From a virus (Duplodnaviria; Caudoviricetes), in IMG/VR virus record IMGVR_UViG_3300014039_000028, positions 14,387 to 78,386 of that record: a DNA stretch of 64,000 bases, one strand, 5' to 3'. Positions 40,257 through 47,927 of the stretch are shown piece by piece (position 1 is the first letter of the stretch; each line of letters begins with the position of its first letter). The notes under the pieces were generated by a model. The model was not told where the DNA came from. It did not search any database and saw nothing but the letters and a program-made list of their open reading frames with translations. The position numbers were made by a program, and so were the translations under genes.

Positions 40257-40861
40257 TCATGTTGAACTGTCCTCCTCAGTTTTAGGGTACAAATCTTCCA
40301 AATCCCCCGCGAGACGGTGATACTCGCTGTTTTCCTCGATTTCAGCCTTGAGACGGTTCGCCAAATCCTCAATTCGCGTCTGTTGTTTGAGCAGTGTAGT
40401 CACGCACTCATCGAGATATTGCGCAGCGGCAAGATAGCCGCACTTGCCTATCGCTCTTCCATCCTTGCCATCTCTAAGAGCTTCCTCTTTAAGGTCAGCA
40501 AGGAACCTCACCAGAGTTGCCATACGATTTGGTGCATAATTACTCACTTTTCATTTCCCTCCTCATAATTGTCTTTCAAGTATCTGTTTCGTCTGCAACA
40601 GGAGCATTTCTGGTGCTTTTGCTTATTCTTGCAAGTACCGCAACCGCCGATAGTAATACTGTCTGCGAGAAGCGGATTGTTCGCTATGAAATTCGCTTCC
40701 AGTAGCTGGATTGTGTTCAGAAGAGCGCTGTCCATATACGGACTGTCATTCGTCATTCGGTTAAGGCGGCACTTACCTAAAAAATCCAGCAAGTGGTCAA
40801 AATTGATATACCTGACTGCGTTGCCGTATAACTTCACGCGCTCCTTCTCTTTCCTTGTCAT
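40257..40861 (-). other. Two small hypothetical genes (40257-40547, 40544-40861)
   Basis: Coupled ORFs. Confidence 0.5.
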
Positions 40862-43125
40862 TAGCGCACCACGGCTCCTCTCAAAAATTCATCTAAGTCA
40901 CCGGATATACCGGCATCCTCGTCTCCGAAATGTCTCTTTACGACAGCAATCGGGAACTGCTCAATTTCGCTTGCCCAACGGCAGTTTTCCGCGCCGTGGA
41001 TTTCAGCCCAGCACAGCGGAAACCCGCCTATACCGTCGAACAGTGAACCAAGCGTCGCGTCCGCCGGTAGATACTCGCTTATGCGGCGCAGCAGCCATTT
41101 CCAGAACGGGAGAGCGATGCTGTTGCCAAGGGCTTTATATTTAGGCGCATCAGATTCTTTATGTACGCGTCCTTTCTCATCTGTCCACTCACCTATGTCA
41201 ACCCATCCGTCCGGGAATCCCTGAAGTCTGGTACATTCCAGCGGGGTCAGTCTACGCACTGCGCCTGACTGTCGGCATATATTGTTGAGATTGAGACTTG
41301 AGCCACCAGATTCTTTAGCTTGAAGCGTACCGTTCACATCGCCGTTCTCCGTAAAATTTCTGCAATCTACAGCAGCTGAAAGAACATAAGTTGTTGAATC
41401 CTCGCGAAACGAGTCCTTTCCTGAGGCGCGTAAGGTGTGTGCTACGAGCATATCGTTATAAGCGTCCTGCCCGTTGTAGCTTCCAGCGTGTGCTCCCGGT
41501 GAGAGTGTTCCGGTTACCTGTTGATATGTAAGTGGGACTTGATTTCCGCCAGTTCCCATCCTTGCTTGTAGGCTCGGTACAACCTCGCCGCACTCTCTTA
41601 TGACATCATTCGCATGGCTCATATCCAATATTGCAGGAACTTGATTCGTGCCGCTTGAAACCGCTGATAATGTAGGTGAGGTCTCTTCTGCATAACCTAT
41701 ACTGCCCGCTTTCGCACCTTGTCCAGACTTAAACGCTGCCACTATATGCTTGTCTGCCACGGTGATGGTCGGCGCAGGATCACCATCCTTGCCGATTCCA
41801 AGACCGTTCCCGCTACCGTCGTTCTTGCGGGTATCTCCTCCGCCCTTGAATCGCGTCGCTTTGTCGTTTATTGGGATGACTACCGATTCCGCGCCGTGCT
41901 GTTGGGTGCTTGCGACTGCTGGATAAGTGCCTGCTTCAACTGTTCCGGCAGGTCTTTCCCTCTGCTTTCCGCTCTCCGGAGTATCCCCTGACAGGCTGCA
42001 CGGCTCAAATAATATTTCGTGGGCGGTGCTTCCTCCAAAATCTGCGACAACCGAGATTCTACTGTTGGATAGTTGAACGTTCCAAGTCCGTAGAATGTCA
42101 TGCCCGACCAGTTGAGCAAGGCTCTTTCCATTTGCGGATTCCTCATTCATATACCCCCTTATCACGGTTAAAACAGATTTTGCCCAGCCGAAGAAGTTCG
42201 GCGCATCGGGATTCGTCTCCATCGCACAGTTTAGATAAGCTCCAGTGACATTTAGCGTGCGCAGCAGGGTTTGGAAACAAGTGCAGATTCGACGGATCGT
42301 TATTTCGCTTGTTGCAGTCGATGTGATGAACTCGTTCTGAAGAAGTGAGTGCGCGTCCAAGGTGTTTCTCAACCACGCTCCTATGGATATATTTTCTTCT
42401 GCAATTTTCGATGACGTACTCGTACCCTCTGTCATCTGCGCGAACAAGTCCATCTGGATTTCGCCAACTCTTGAACCCAAGTTTTCTTGCTCTTTTGGAT
42501 AATTCGCTTCCATCTCGTCCAAGAAGCGTTGCCACCTCTTTATGGTCTCTTCCTTTTGAAGCGAGAATAATTTTATCCTCTTCTGGAGTCCATCTTCGGA
42601 TAGCCACTTTGCGCGGCACTCCGATTTTTTCGGCGCGATGCCTAATCGCGCACACGCTTCGACCCAGTCTATCAGCAATATCTCTGTGAGGCATTGAAGC
42701 ATAATGCTGTCTGATATAATTGTCCTCTTGCTGAGTAAATAGTGGATGTTTGCCCATACTATCCCAATTCTCCTTCTTCTTTGCGGAACGCCGCAATACT
42801 GCGCATCGTGAATCTGCGGGTCTGGAATAAAGCCAATCTCAGTCATCATATCCAAGGCAGCTACAAAATCCTCTCCATTATTGCTACTCAACATTCCGGG
42901 CACATTCTCAAACACCACAAATTTAGGGTACTTTCCTCTGGTCGATGAATACATCTCGCTGATTACCCTAACAGCTTCAATGTATAGACCAGAACGATTC
43001 CCTGCTAGTCCCATACGCCTCCCAGCGATACTCAAATCCTGACAAGGCGAACCAAAGGTGATGACATCTACCGGCTCTATTTCAGCGCCGTTTATCTTCG
43101 TTATATCTCCTAAATGTCTCACCAA
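40861..43125 (-). CDS. C5-cytosine DNA methyltransferase alpha subunit, circularly permuted, with a 237-codon insertion
   Basis: FGSPCQDLS (IV), FENVPG (VI), VPQRRRR (VIII), RRLTPLEC, YKALGNS (X), then LFDGIGGF (I) and WASEIE (II) at the C-terminus. Confidence 0.9.
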   Translation of the reverse strand: MVRHLGDITKINGAEIEPVDVITFGSPCQDLSIAGRRMGLAGNRSGLYIEAVRVISEMYSSTRGKYPKFVVFENVPGMLSSNNGEDFVAALDMMTEIGFIPDPQIHDAQYCGVPQRRRRIGIVWANIHYLLSKRTIISDSIMLQCLTEILLIDWVEACARLGIAPKKSECRAKWLSEDGLQKRIKLFSLQKEETIKRWQRFLDEMEANYPKEQENLGSRVGEIQMDLFAQMTEGTSTSSKIAEENISIGAWLRNTLDAHSLLQNEFITSTATSEITIRRICTCFQTLLRTLNVTGAYLNCAMETNPDAPNFFGWAKSVLTVIRGYMNEESANGKSLAQLVGHDILRTWNVQLSNSRISVVADFGGSTAHEILFEPCSLSGDTPESGKQRERPAGTVEAGTYPAVASTQQHGAESVVIPINDKATRFKGGGDTRKNDGSGNGLGIGKDGDPAPTITVADKHIVAAFKSGQGAKAGSIGYAEETSPTLSAVSSGTNQVPAILDMSHANDVIRECGEVVPSLQARMGTGGNQVPLTYQQVTGTLSPGAHAGSYNGQDAYNDMLVAHTLRASGKDSFREDSTTYVLSAAVDCRNFTENGDVNGTLQAKESGGSSLNLNNICRQSGAVRRLTPLECTRLQGFPDGWVDIGEWTDEKGRVHKESDAPKYKALGNSIALPFWKWLLRRISEYLPADATLGSLFDGIGGFPLCWAEIHGAENCRWASEIEQFPIAVVKRHFGDEDAGISGDLDEFLRGAVVR
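41880..42146 (-). CDS. Nested EcoHK31I-type methyltransferase beta subunit (alternative frame)
   Basis: SRLSQILE...KYYLSRAACQGILRRAESRGKDLP (motif IX); ATG overlaps the HNH stop. Confidence 0.75.
   Translation of the reverse strand: MRNPQMERALLNWSGMTFYGLGTFNYPTVESRLSQILEEAPPTKYYLSRAACQGILRRAESRGKDLPEQLKQALIQQSQAPNSTARNR
42143..42757 (-). CDS. Nested HNH endonuclease with two N-terminal Myb/SANT-like repeats (alternative frame)
   Basis: FTQQED / WTPEED repeats; VHHIDCNKRNNDPSNL...H..CH; RBS AAGGAG. Confidence 0.85.
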   Translation of the reverse strand: MGKHPLFTQQEDNYIRQHYASMPHRDIADRLGRSVCAIRHRAEKIGVPRKVAIRRWTPEEDKIILASKGRDHKEVATLLGRDGSELSKRARKLGFKSWRNPDGLVRADDRGYEYVIENCRRKYIHRSVVEKHLGRALTSSERVHHIDCNKRNNDPSNLHLFPNPAAHAKCHWSLSKLCDGDESRCAELLRLGKICFNRDKGVYE

Positions 43126-43173
43126 AAACCACCTCCTTCATGCCAGCGCGAGTGCGTCTGGCTCTTTGGTGCT

Positions 43174-43202
43174 GGGATGGTAGCACCCGTGTCAAGCGCA
43201 AA
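43174..43202 (-). promoter_or_regulatory. Compressed promoter-like motif A (TTGACA-N7-TACCAT)
   Basis: TTTGCGCTTGACAcgggtgcTACCATCCC upstream of the MTase operon. Confidence 0.55.
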
Positions 43203-43360
43203 CGAACCAGATGGCGCAGAACTGCGACGTTGTTTTGTGCAAGTATCACAAAATTTCAAGCTTAATGAACGTAGAAAAGCAGCCCTTTCAATTTGAAAAG
43301 GCTGTTTTTTTCGTATACCTATACAAATTTTGATGTTTTGGCGATTCCCAAGCGCAAAAA

Positions 43361-43386
43361 TGCGCTTGACACGCCGTGTATCATCC
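43361..43386 (+). promoter_or_regulatory. Compressed promoter-like motif B (TTGACA-N7-TATCAT)
   Basis: TGCGCTTGACAcgccgtgTATCATCC upstream of the sigma-factor operon. Confidence 0.55.
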
Positions 43387-43410
43387 TTGCACCGAAAAAG
43401 AAAGAAGCGG

Positions 43411-44120
43411 ATGCCTATGCAGGAGGCCGAGCTTAAAGCCGCGGCAGTCGGCATACTCACATATCTGGCGATTGCAAATGAGGAGACCACGCGGCACAGC
43501 GGAGAGGCGGCGGAAATTATGGAGTTTGACGCGCCATACAATCCATCCGCGTTCAAACTGGCGATGCAGTATCTCGCGCGGATGGACATGGAAGAAACGG
43601 AGGTGGAGTTATGGAAGCGGTAATAATACTGCTTATCTGTACGGTTATCCCTGTAACAGTTGGTTGCGCGATGCACATCAAATTTGCGCACGAACGGTGG
43701 GTTTCTTATTTAGAGCAGAAATCAAGTTACAAACATATAACGGTCTCTCCTGAAATTTTCAAAACAATGCTTTACACCCTCTCCTATGAAATGAGCGCTT
43801 TGCCTTACGGCATAATGTGGCATAGACCTACATCACGACGCCATGGGAGCGAGCCTATCTTGGTGTACGGTAGAAATCGGCTCGAACAAGAGCAGATGAA
43901 CCTTGCTCTGACTGTATACCTCGATAAGCAAGCAAAAGCGCGGGAGAGACGCAAAGAACTCGCCAACGATGCAACTACTGATTCGTTAAAGCAAGTCCAA
44001 GACGACCTCCAACGTATCATCGACGGCAATCTCCGCGCCGCGCAGGAGGCCGCGCGGAAAAATCAAGAGATTATGGAGCGTCTATCAGTAACAACCGCTA
44101 CACACGGAGGCGCACCATGA
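43411..44120 (+). other. Two hypothetical genes (43411-43623; 43611-44120 with N-terminal TM)
   Basis: First genes after motif B. Confidence 0.5.
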
Positions 44121-44635
44121 ACAGCCGTGAAGAGGCCGAGTGGCTTTACCTTGAGAATGAAAAACTCATTTATGGCGCTTTGTATCAATATTTCCCGGCG
44201 CTCGCGTCTGATGAGGACATTCAGCAGATCGCGGGGATCGGTCTCTGGAAAGCCTGTTTGAACTACGATGAGGATAAGTCGTGCTTCTCAACTGCCGCAT
44301 ACAAATTCATCAAGACCGAAGTGCTGCAGGAACTACGAAAAAGGCGACGCCGAGGCAAAATCACAGCAATACCTTTCACTGCATTGGTGTGCGATTCGAC
44401 CACCGAGGGCAGAGAAGAGCTGGATATCCTTACCATTAGTCCGAGTCTTGATGACATTGACTGGTGTGACATGGAAACGTTTTGGGCATCATTGACCGAA
44501 CGCCAGCAGTTCATCGTCAAGGCGCGTATATCTGGGCTGACTGATGAGGAAATCGCCGCCGCACTGGGTTTGTCTCGCACATTGATTATCCATGAAAAGA
44601 AAAACATTCGGCGAAAAGCCGAGGAAACATTATGA
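44117..44635 (+). CDS. Phage sigma-70-family sigma factor (regions 2 and 4 only)
   Basis: EDIQQIAGIGLWKACLNYDEDK..FSTAAYKFIK; LTERQQFIVKARISGLTDEEIAAALGLS. Confidence 0.85.
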   Translation: MNSREEAEWLYLENEKLIYGALYQYFPALASDEDIQQIAGIGLWKACLNYDEDKSCFSTAAYKFIKTEVLQELRKRRRRGKITAIPFTALVCDSTTEGREELDILTISPSLDDIDWCDMETFWASLTERQQFIVKARISGLTDEEIAAALGLSRTLIIHEKKNIRRKAEETL

Positions 44636-45078
44636 ATGGAGGAGGGCTAAAGATGCCACTACTTAACTACACCACGAAAGTGGATGTCTATACCACGATA
44701 GGTGCTATACAGGGGCAGCTTGTAAAGCACGGAGCAAAGAAGATCATGCAGGAATATGACGATGCCGGTCGCATAACGGCTCTATCTTTCCAGATAGACA
44801 CGCCCAACGGGATACGGGGCATAAAGCTTCCGTCTAATGCAGAGGCGGTTAGGCACGTGCTCGCACGACAGAAAGTCAAATGTGATGTTGAGCAGTCTGA
44901 ACGAGTTGCGTGGCGTATCATCAAAGACTGGGTAGAAGCTCAAATGGCAATTCTTGAAAGTGAGATGGTGCAGATGGATGAAATCTTTTTGCCATATATG
45001 CTCAACAGTAAAGGTCAGACAGTTTTTGAAGCATATCAGAGCCAGCAGTTATGGCTTGGAGATGGAGGAGAAAAATGA
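44632..45078 (+). CDS. Conserved hypothetical phage protein
   Basis: LNYTTKV...QSERVAWRIIKDWVEAQMA. Confidence 0.6.
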   Translation: MNGGGLKMPLLNYTTKVDVYTTIGAIQGQLVKHGAKKIMQEYDDAGRITALSFQIDTPNGIRGIKLPSNAEAVRHVLARQKVKCDVEQSERVAWRIIKDWVEAQMAILESEMVQMDEIFLPYMLNSKGQTVFEAYQSQQLWLGDGGEK

Positions 45079-45788
45079 GCAAACCAATTTATGTTCCAAA
45101 AGGAAAAGCCAAAGAATATGGCGACTATGCGATCAATATTTACACAGGATGTCCACACCGTTGCTTTTACTGCTTCGCCCCGAATGTGCTCCACCGCGAC
45201 AGAGAGACTTTTCACACAAATGTCAAGCCGAGAGAGAACATAGTCGAGGAAGTCCGAAAGCAGATCGAACGTGAACACATCACCGGACGGCTCATTCATC
45301 TATGGGTGCTTTCTCACATTAACTCCTTTATGGTGGTTATGACCCGTGATGGTTTTACCCTGCTCGTTATGGGCTACAACGGCAAACTCGCCATGAAGTT
45401 CAAGGAAGCCTATATCAAGCAGTTCAATGCAATGGAAAGTGTTCTTCGCAAGAAAATGATAGCGCGTGAAAGAGGTCGAGCTTCCAGAGAATTTTTAACG
45501 GATTCCATACAGCAGTCCGATGAGGATGCGCGTATGCACGGGCACGCCTACTCAACCTATACCAACTGCATCTACAAGGTGCTTTTCGGGAAATCCGCGG
45601 CTCAGTTGCGGATGGACTACGGCATAGGCAGGACAGACAATCTCCGAGATTGCTTCTCGCCCGAGGATTTAGCGGCAGTGGACTCTATGGAGCATTTAGT
45701 AAGTGGTTTGGTCGCCTGTGGCTGGGAGTATGGGCGGATAAAAGACTTCATCGAGCAGACAAACACACAAAAGGCTTTAATGGCGTGA
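45075..45788 (+). CDS. Chimeric ORF: radical SAM N-terminus fused to the C-terminal part of a Rha protein
   Basis: NIYTGCPHRCFYC (CxxxCxxC), then MTRDGFTLLVMGYNGKLAMKFKEAYI. Confidence 0.7.
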   Translation: MSKPIYVPKGKAKEYGDYAINIYTGCPHRCFYCFAPNVLHRDRETFHTNVKPRENIVEEVRKQIEREHITGRLIHLWVLSHINSFMVVMTRDGFTLLVMGYNGKLAMKFKEAYIKQFNAMESVLRKKMIARERGRASREFLTDSIQQSDEDARMHGHAYSTYTNCIYKVLFGKSAAQLRMDYGIGRTDNLRDCFSPEDLAAVDSMEHLVSGLVACGWEYGRIKDFIEQTNTQKALMA

Positions 45789-45797
45789 GGAGGTCAC

Positions 45798-46757
45798 ATG
45801 ACGTTTGACGAACTTAATATCATTATCCCCATATACGAGCGTGGGGAAAGCATAGTTCCCACGCTTCAAAGTCTGCTGTTGCAGACCAAAGACGATTTTT
45901 CAGTCACGTTTGTTCTCGACGGGGCGGACGCTGTTGCGGAAGATGCCATTGTCCGCCATTACATCGATCGTCCGTATAATATCTATCTCATGCCGCATAG
46001 AGGCGTTGGTGCTACGAGGAATACAGGGCTGATAACTTCGGATTCACCTTACGTTATGTTCCTTGATGCCGACGATTTGCTGCTGCCAAACGCCGTAGGA
46101 ACGATTCTGAACGCTATTGATCACGGCTTTGACATGATGGTAGGCAAGACCATGCGCGAAGCCGAGAACGGCAATTTTGAGGTCGTAGGGGGCGCACAGA
46201 TGACATGGATCCATGGACGCGTGTATTCAAGGGAGTTTCTGACGAAGTACGACATTCACTTTCCGGATCTGCCCATGTGCGAGGACTTGGCTTTCAATAT
46301 GCTTTGCGCTGAGTTCGCCCAGCGCGTCCCTGAGACGCAGTGGCCGATACATATCCAAAGGTATACCCCCGGCTCACTGTCGCACGCAGAGGGTTCTTTG
46401 CGGCTCCAAGCTGAGACATACATTGAGACTTGCATATTCTACGTTGAAAGCGCAGCCAGATTCAGGTCACTGGACAAGCTCATGATACTACCCGCCGCGC
46501 TGGCCGCTTGCTACTATTACCTCGATTCTGTGGAGCGAGAATTTCCGGGAGATACCGAGCTATATCACAAAATGTGCAAGCAGTTTTCAGACTTGATAGA
46601 CATCAGCGATTTCTATGCGCTCAACTCAATACCCGAATGGCAAAGCCGCTTTGCAATGGCTTTGGCAACTCCCGCGAGACCGTTCAAGAAAACCTATATA
46701 CCGGCGCAGACATTTGAGCAGCGAATAACAAATGCGAAATTGGAGGCTTTGAAATGA
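45798..46757 (+). CDS. Glycosyltransferase family 2
   Basis: IIIPIY, GVGATRNTGL, YVMFLDADD, CEDLAFN. Confidence 0.85.
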   Translation: MTFDELNIIIPIYERGESIVPTLQSLLLQTKDDFSVTFVLDGADAVAEDAIVRHYIDRPYNIYLMPHRGVGATRNTGLITSDSPYVMFLDADDLLLPNAVGTILNAIDHGFDMMVGKTMREAENGNFEVVGGAQMTWIHGRVYSREFLTKYDIHFPDLPMCEDLAFNMLCAEFAQRVPETQWPIHIQRYTPGSLSHAEGSLRLQAETYIETCIFYVESAARFRSLDKLMILPAALAACYYYLDSVEREFPGDTELYHKMCKQFSDLIDISDFYALNSIPEWQSRFAMALATPARPFKKTYIPAQTFEQRITNAKLEALK

Positions 46758-46939
46758 AGAAACTTACGAAAGAAAGGGTACTATCCATAGAACACAGCAT
46801 CCTCTTGGAGCAGAACCTTTCCGCCACTTTTGGATTGCCGGATGCAAGCAATGCTTGGCTTGAGGCTTACATTTGCGGCGTTGTCGATATGACGCAAGCC
46901 ATCATCGAAGCGCTTGAGGATGAGGAGGAAGCACAGTAA
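46754..46939 (+). CDS. Small hypothetical protein
   Basis: Coupled 61-aa ORF. Confidence 0.5.
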   Translation: MKKLTKERVLSIEHSILLEQNLSATFGLPDASNAWLEAYICGVVDMTQAIIEALEDEEEAQ

Positions 46940-47565
46940 TGCAAATTAAACTTTTTGAAAATGAGGAATTCGGCAAAGTCCGCACGGTCACAATTGATGG
47001 TGTCCCGTGGTTTGTCGGGGCGGATGTGGCTATAGCCTTAGGTTACATCAATCCTCGCGACGCGCTTGCGAAACACGTTGATGCAGAGGATAGGGGTGTC
47101 GCGAAATGCGACACCCTTGGTGGCATACAAACCTTATCCATCATCAACGAGAGCGGCACATACAGTCTGATTATGTCCAGTAAATTGCCCTCCGCAAAGC
47201 GCTTTAAGCGGTGGGTTACGAGCGAAGTCCTCCCAGCACTCCGAAAGGGAGCTGGGCTTGAGGCCATTGAAGCCCTCAAGATGCTTTCGCGTGAGAATCA
47301 GAAGCGGGGCAATGCAGCCCTTTACGCCGCAATCCCGGATATTGATCGAGCCACATACTGCAAGGCCGCTTCCATAACCGGAAAAGAGATTGCCAACCGA
47401 ATGGGGCTGGATAAGCGGATCCCAAAGGCCGACGTGCCACCTGAGTTTCTGCCTGAATACGATTCTGTGTTCTCCGATGTAACTCACCTCATGGTTCTCA
47501 ACGAACGATATGGGCTTGGACTATCGGTAAGCCATGCGATCCATCAAAAGAGCAATGCAGTCTAA
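46939..47565 (+). CDS. BRO-N antirepressor-like protein
   Basis: FENEEFGKVR...WFVGADVA...INESGTYSLIMSSKLPSAKRFKRWVTSEVLP. Confidence 0.88.
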   Translation: MQIKLFENEEFGKVRTVTIDGVPWFVGADVAIALGYINPRDALAKHVDAEDRGVAKCDTLGGIQTLSIINESGTYSLIMSSKLPSAKRFKRWVTSEVLPALRKGAGLEAIEALKMLSRENQKRGNAALYAAIPDIDRATYCKAASITGKEIANRMGLDKRIPKADVPPEFLPEYDSVFSDVTHLMVLNERYGLGLSVSHAIHQKSNAV

Positions 47566-47586
47566 ACAAAAGCTTCGCCCGAAGTC

Positions 47587-47704
47587 TTGCCACAAATATA
47601 ATCCTTGTGTATTATAAGAGTGTCATATACGTGGGTGATGTTCAACTCCATATAATGTTACCTCCTTCTCAAACGAAAGCACCGCTTTGACCGGCGGTGC
47701 TTTT
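47587..47704 (+). ncRNA. Predicted ~85-nt sRNA with anti-SD motif (promoter included)
   Basis: TTGCCA-17-TATTAT; ACCTCCTTC; terminator AAAGCACCGC...GCGGTGCTTTT. Confidence 0.45.
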
Positions 47705-47823
47705 GTTATTTTTGAACTTCTCGAAAAAGTTACCGATTCAAAAGTGTGGACATGTCCACACTTGATGCAGTAAAATGCGGTTTTTTGCTTAGTGGAACTG
47801 GAAATTGCATTTTTCAAAAGTTA

Positions 47824-47874
47824 AGAAAAAAGCCCCAAAACCTTAGTTTTTTCAAGGTTTTGAGGCTTTTTCTT
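47824..47874 (-). terminator. Terminator downstream of attP
   Basis: AAAAAGCCCCAAAACCTT...AAGGTTTTGAGGCTTTTT. Confidence 0.7.
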
Positions 47875-47921
47875 TGGAGCTGGTAATGTGACTCGAACAC
47901 ACGACCTGCTGATTACGAAGC
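47875..47921 (-). mobile_element. attP core: 3' half of tRNA-Thr(CGT)
   Basis: CTTCGTAATCAGCAGGTCGTGTGTTCGAGTCACATTACCAGCTCCA contains anticodon CGT, T-arm and CCA; no D-arm; next to the integrase 3' end. Confidence 0.85.
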
Positions 47922-47927
47922 AGTGTT

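Noticed and set aside
42061-42771. Intein or group I intron in the MTase
   Set aside because: No Cys/Ser start or His-Asn end in the MTase frame; the HNH fills nearly the whole insert, leaving little room for a ribozyme core (RT-PCR still advisable)
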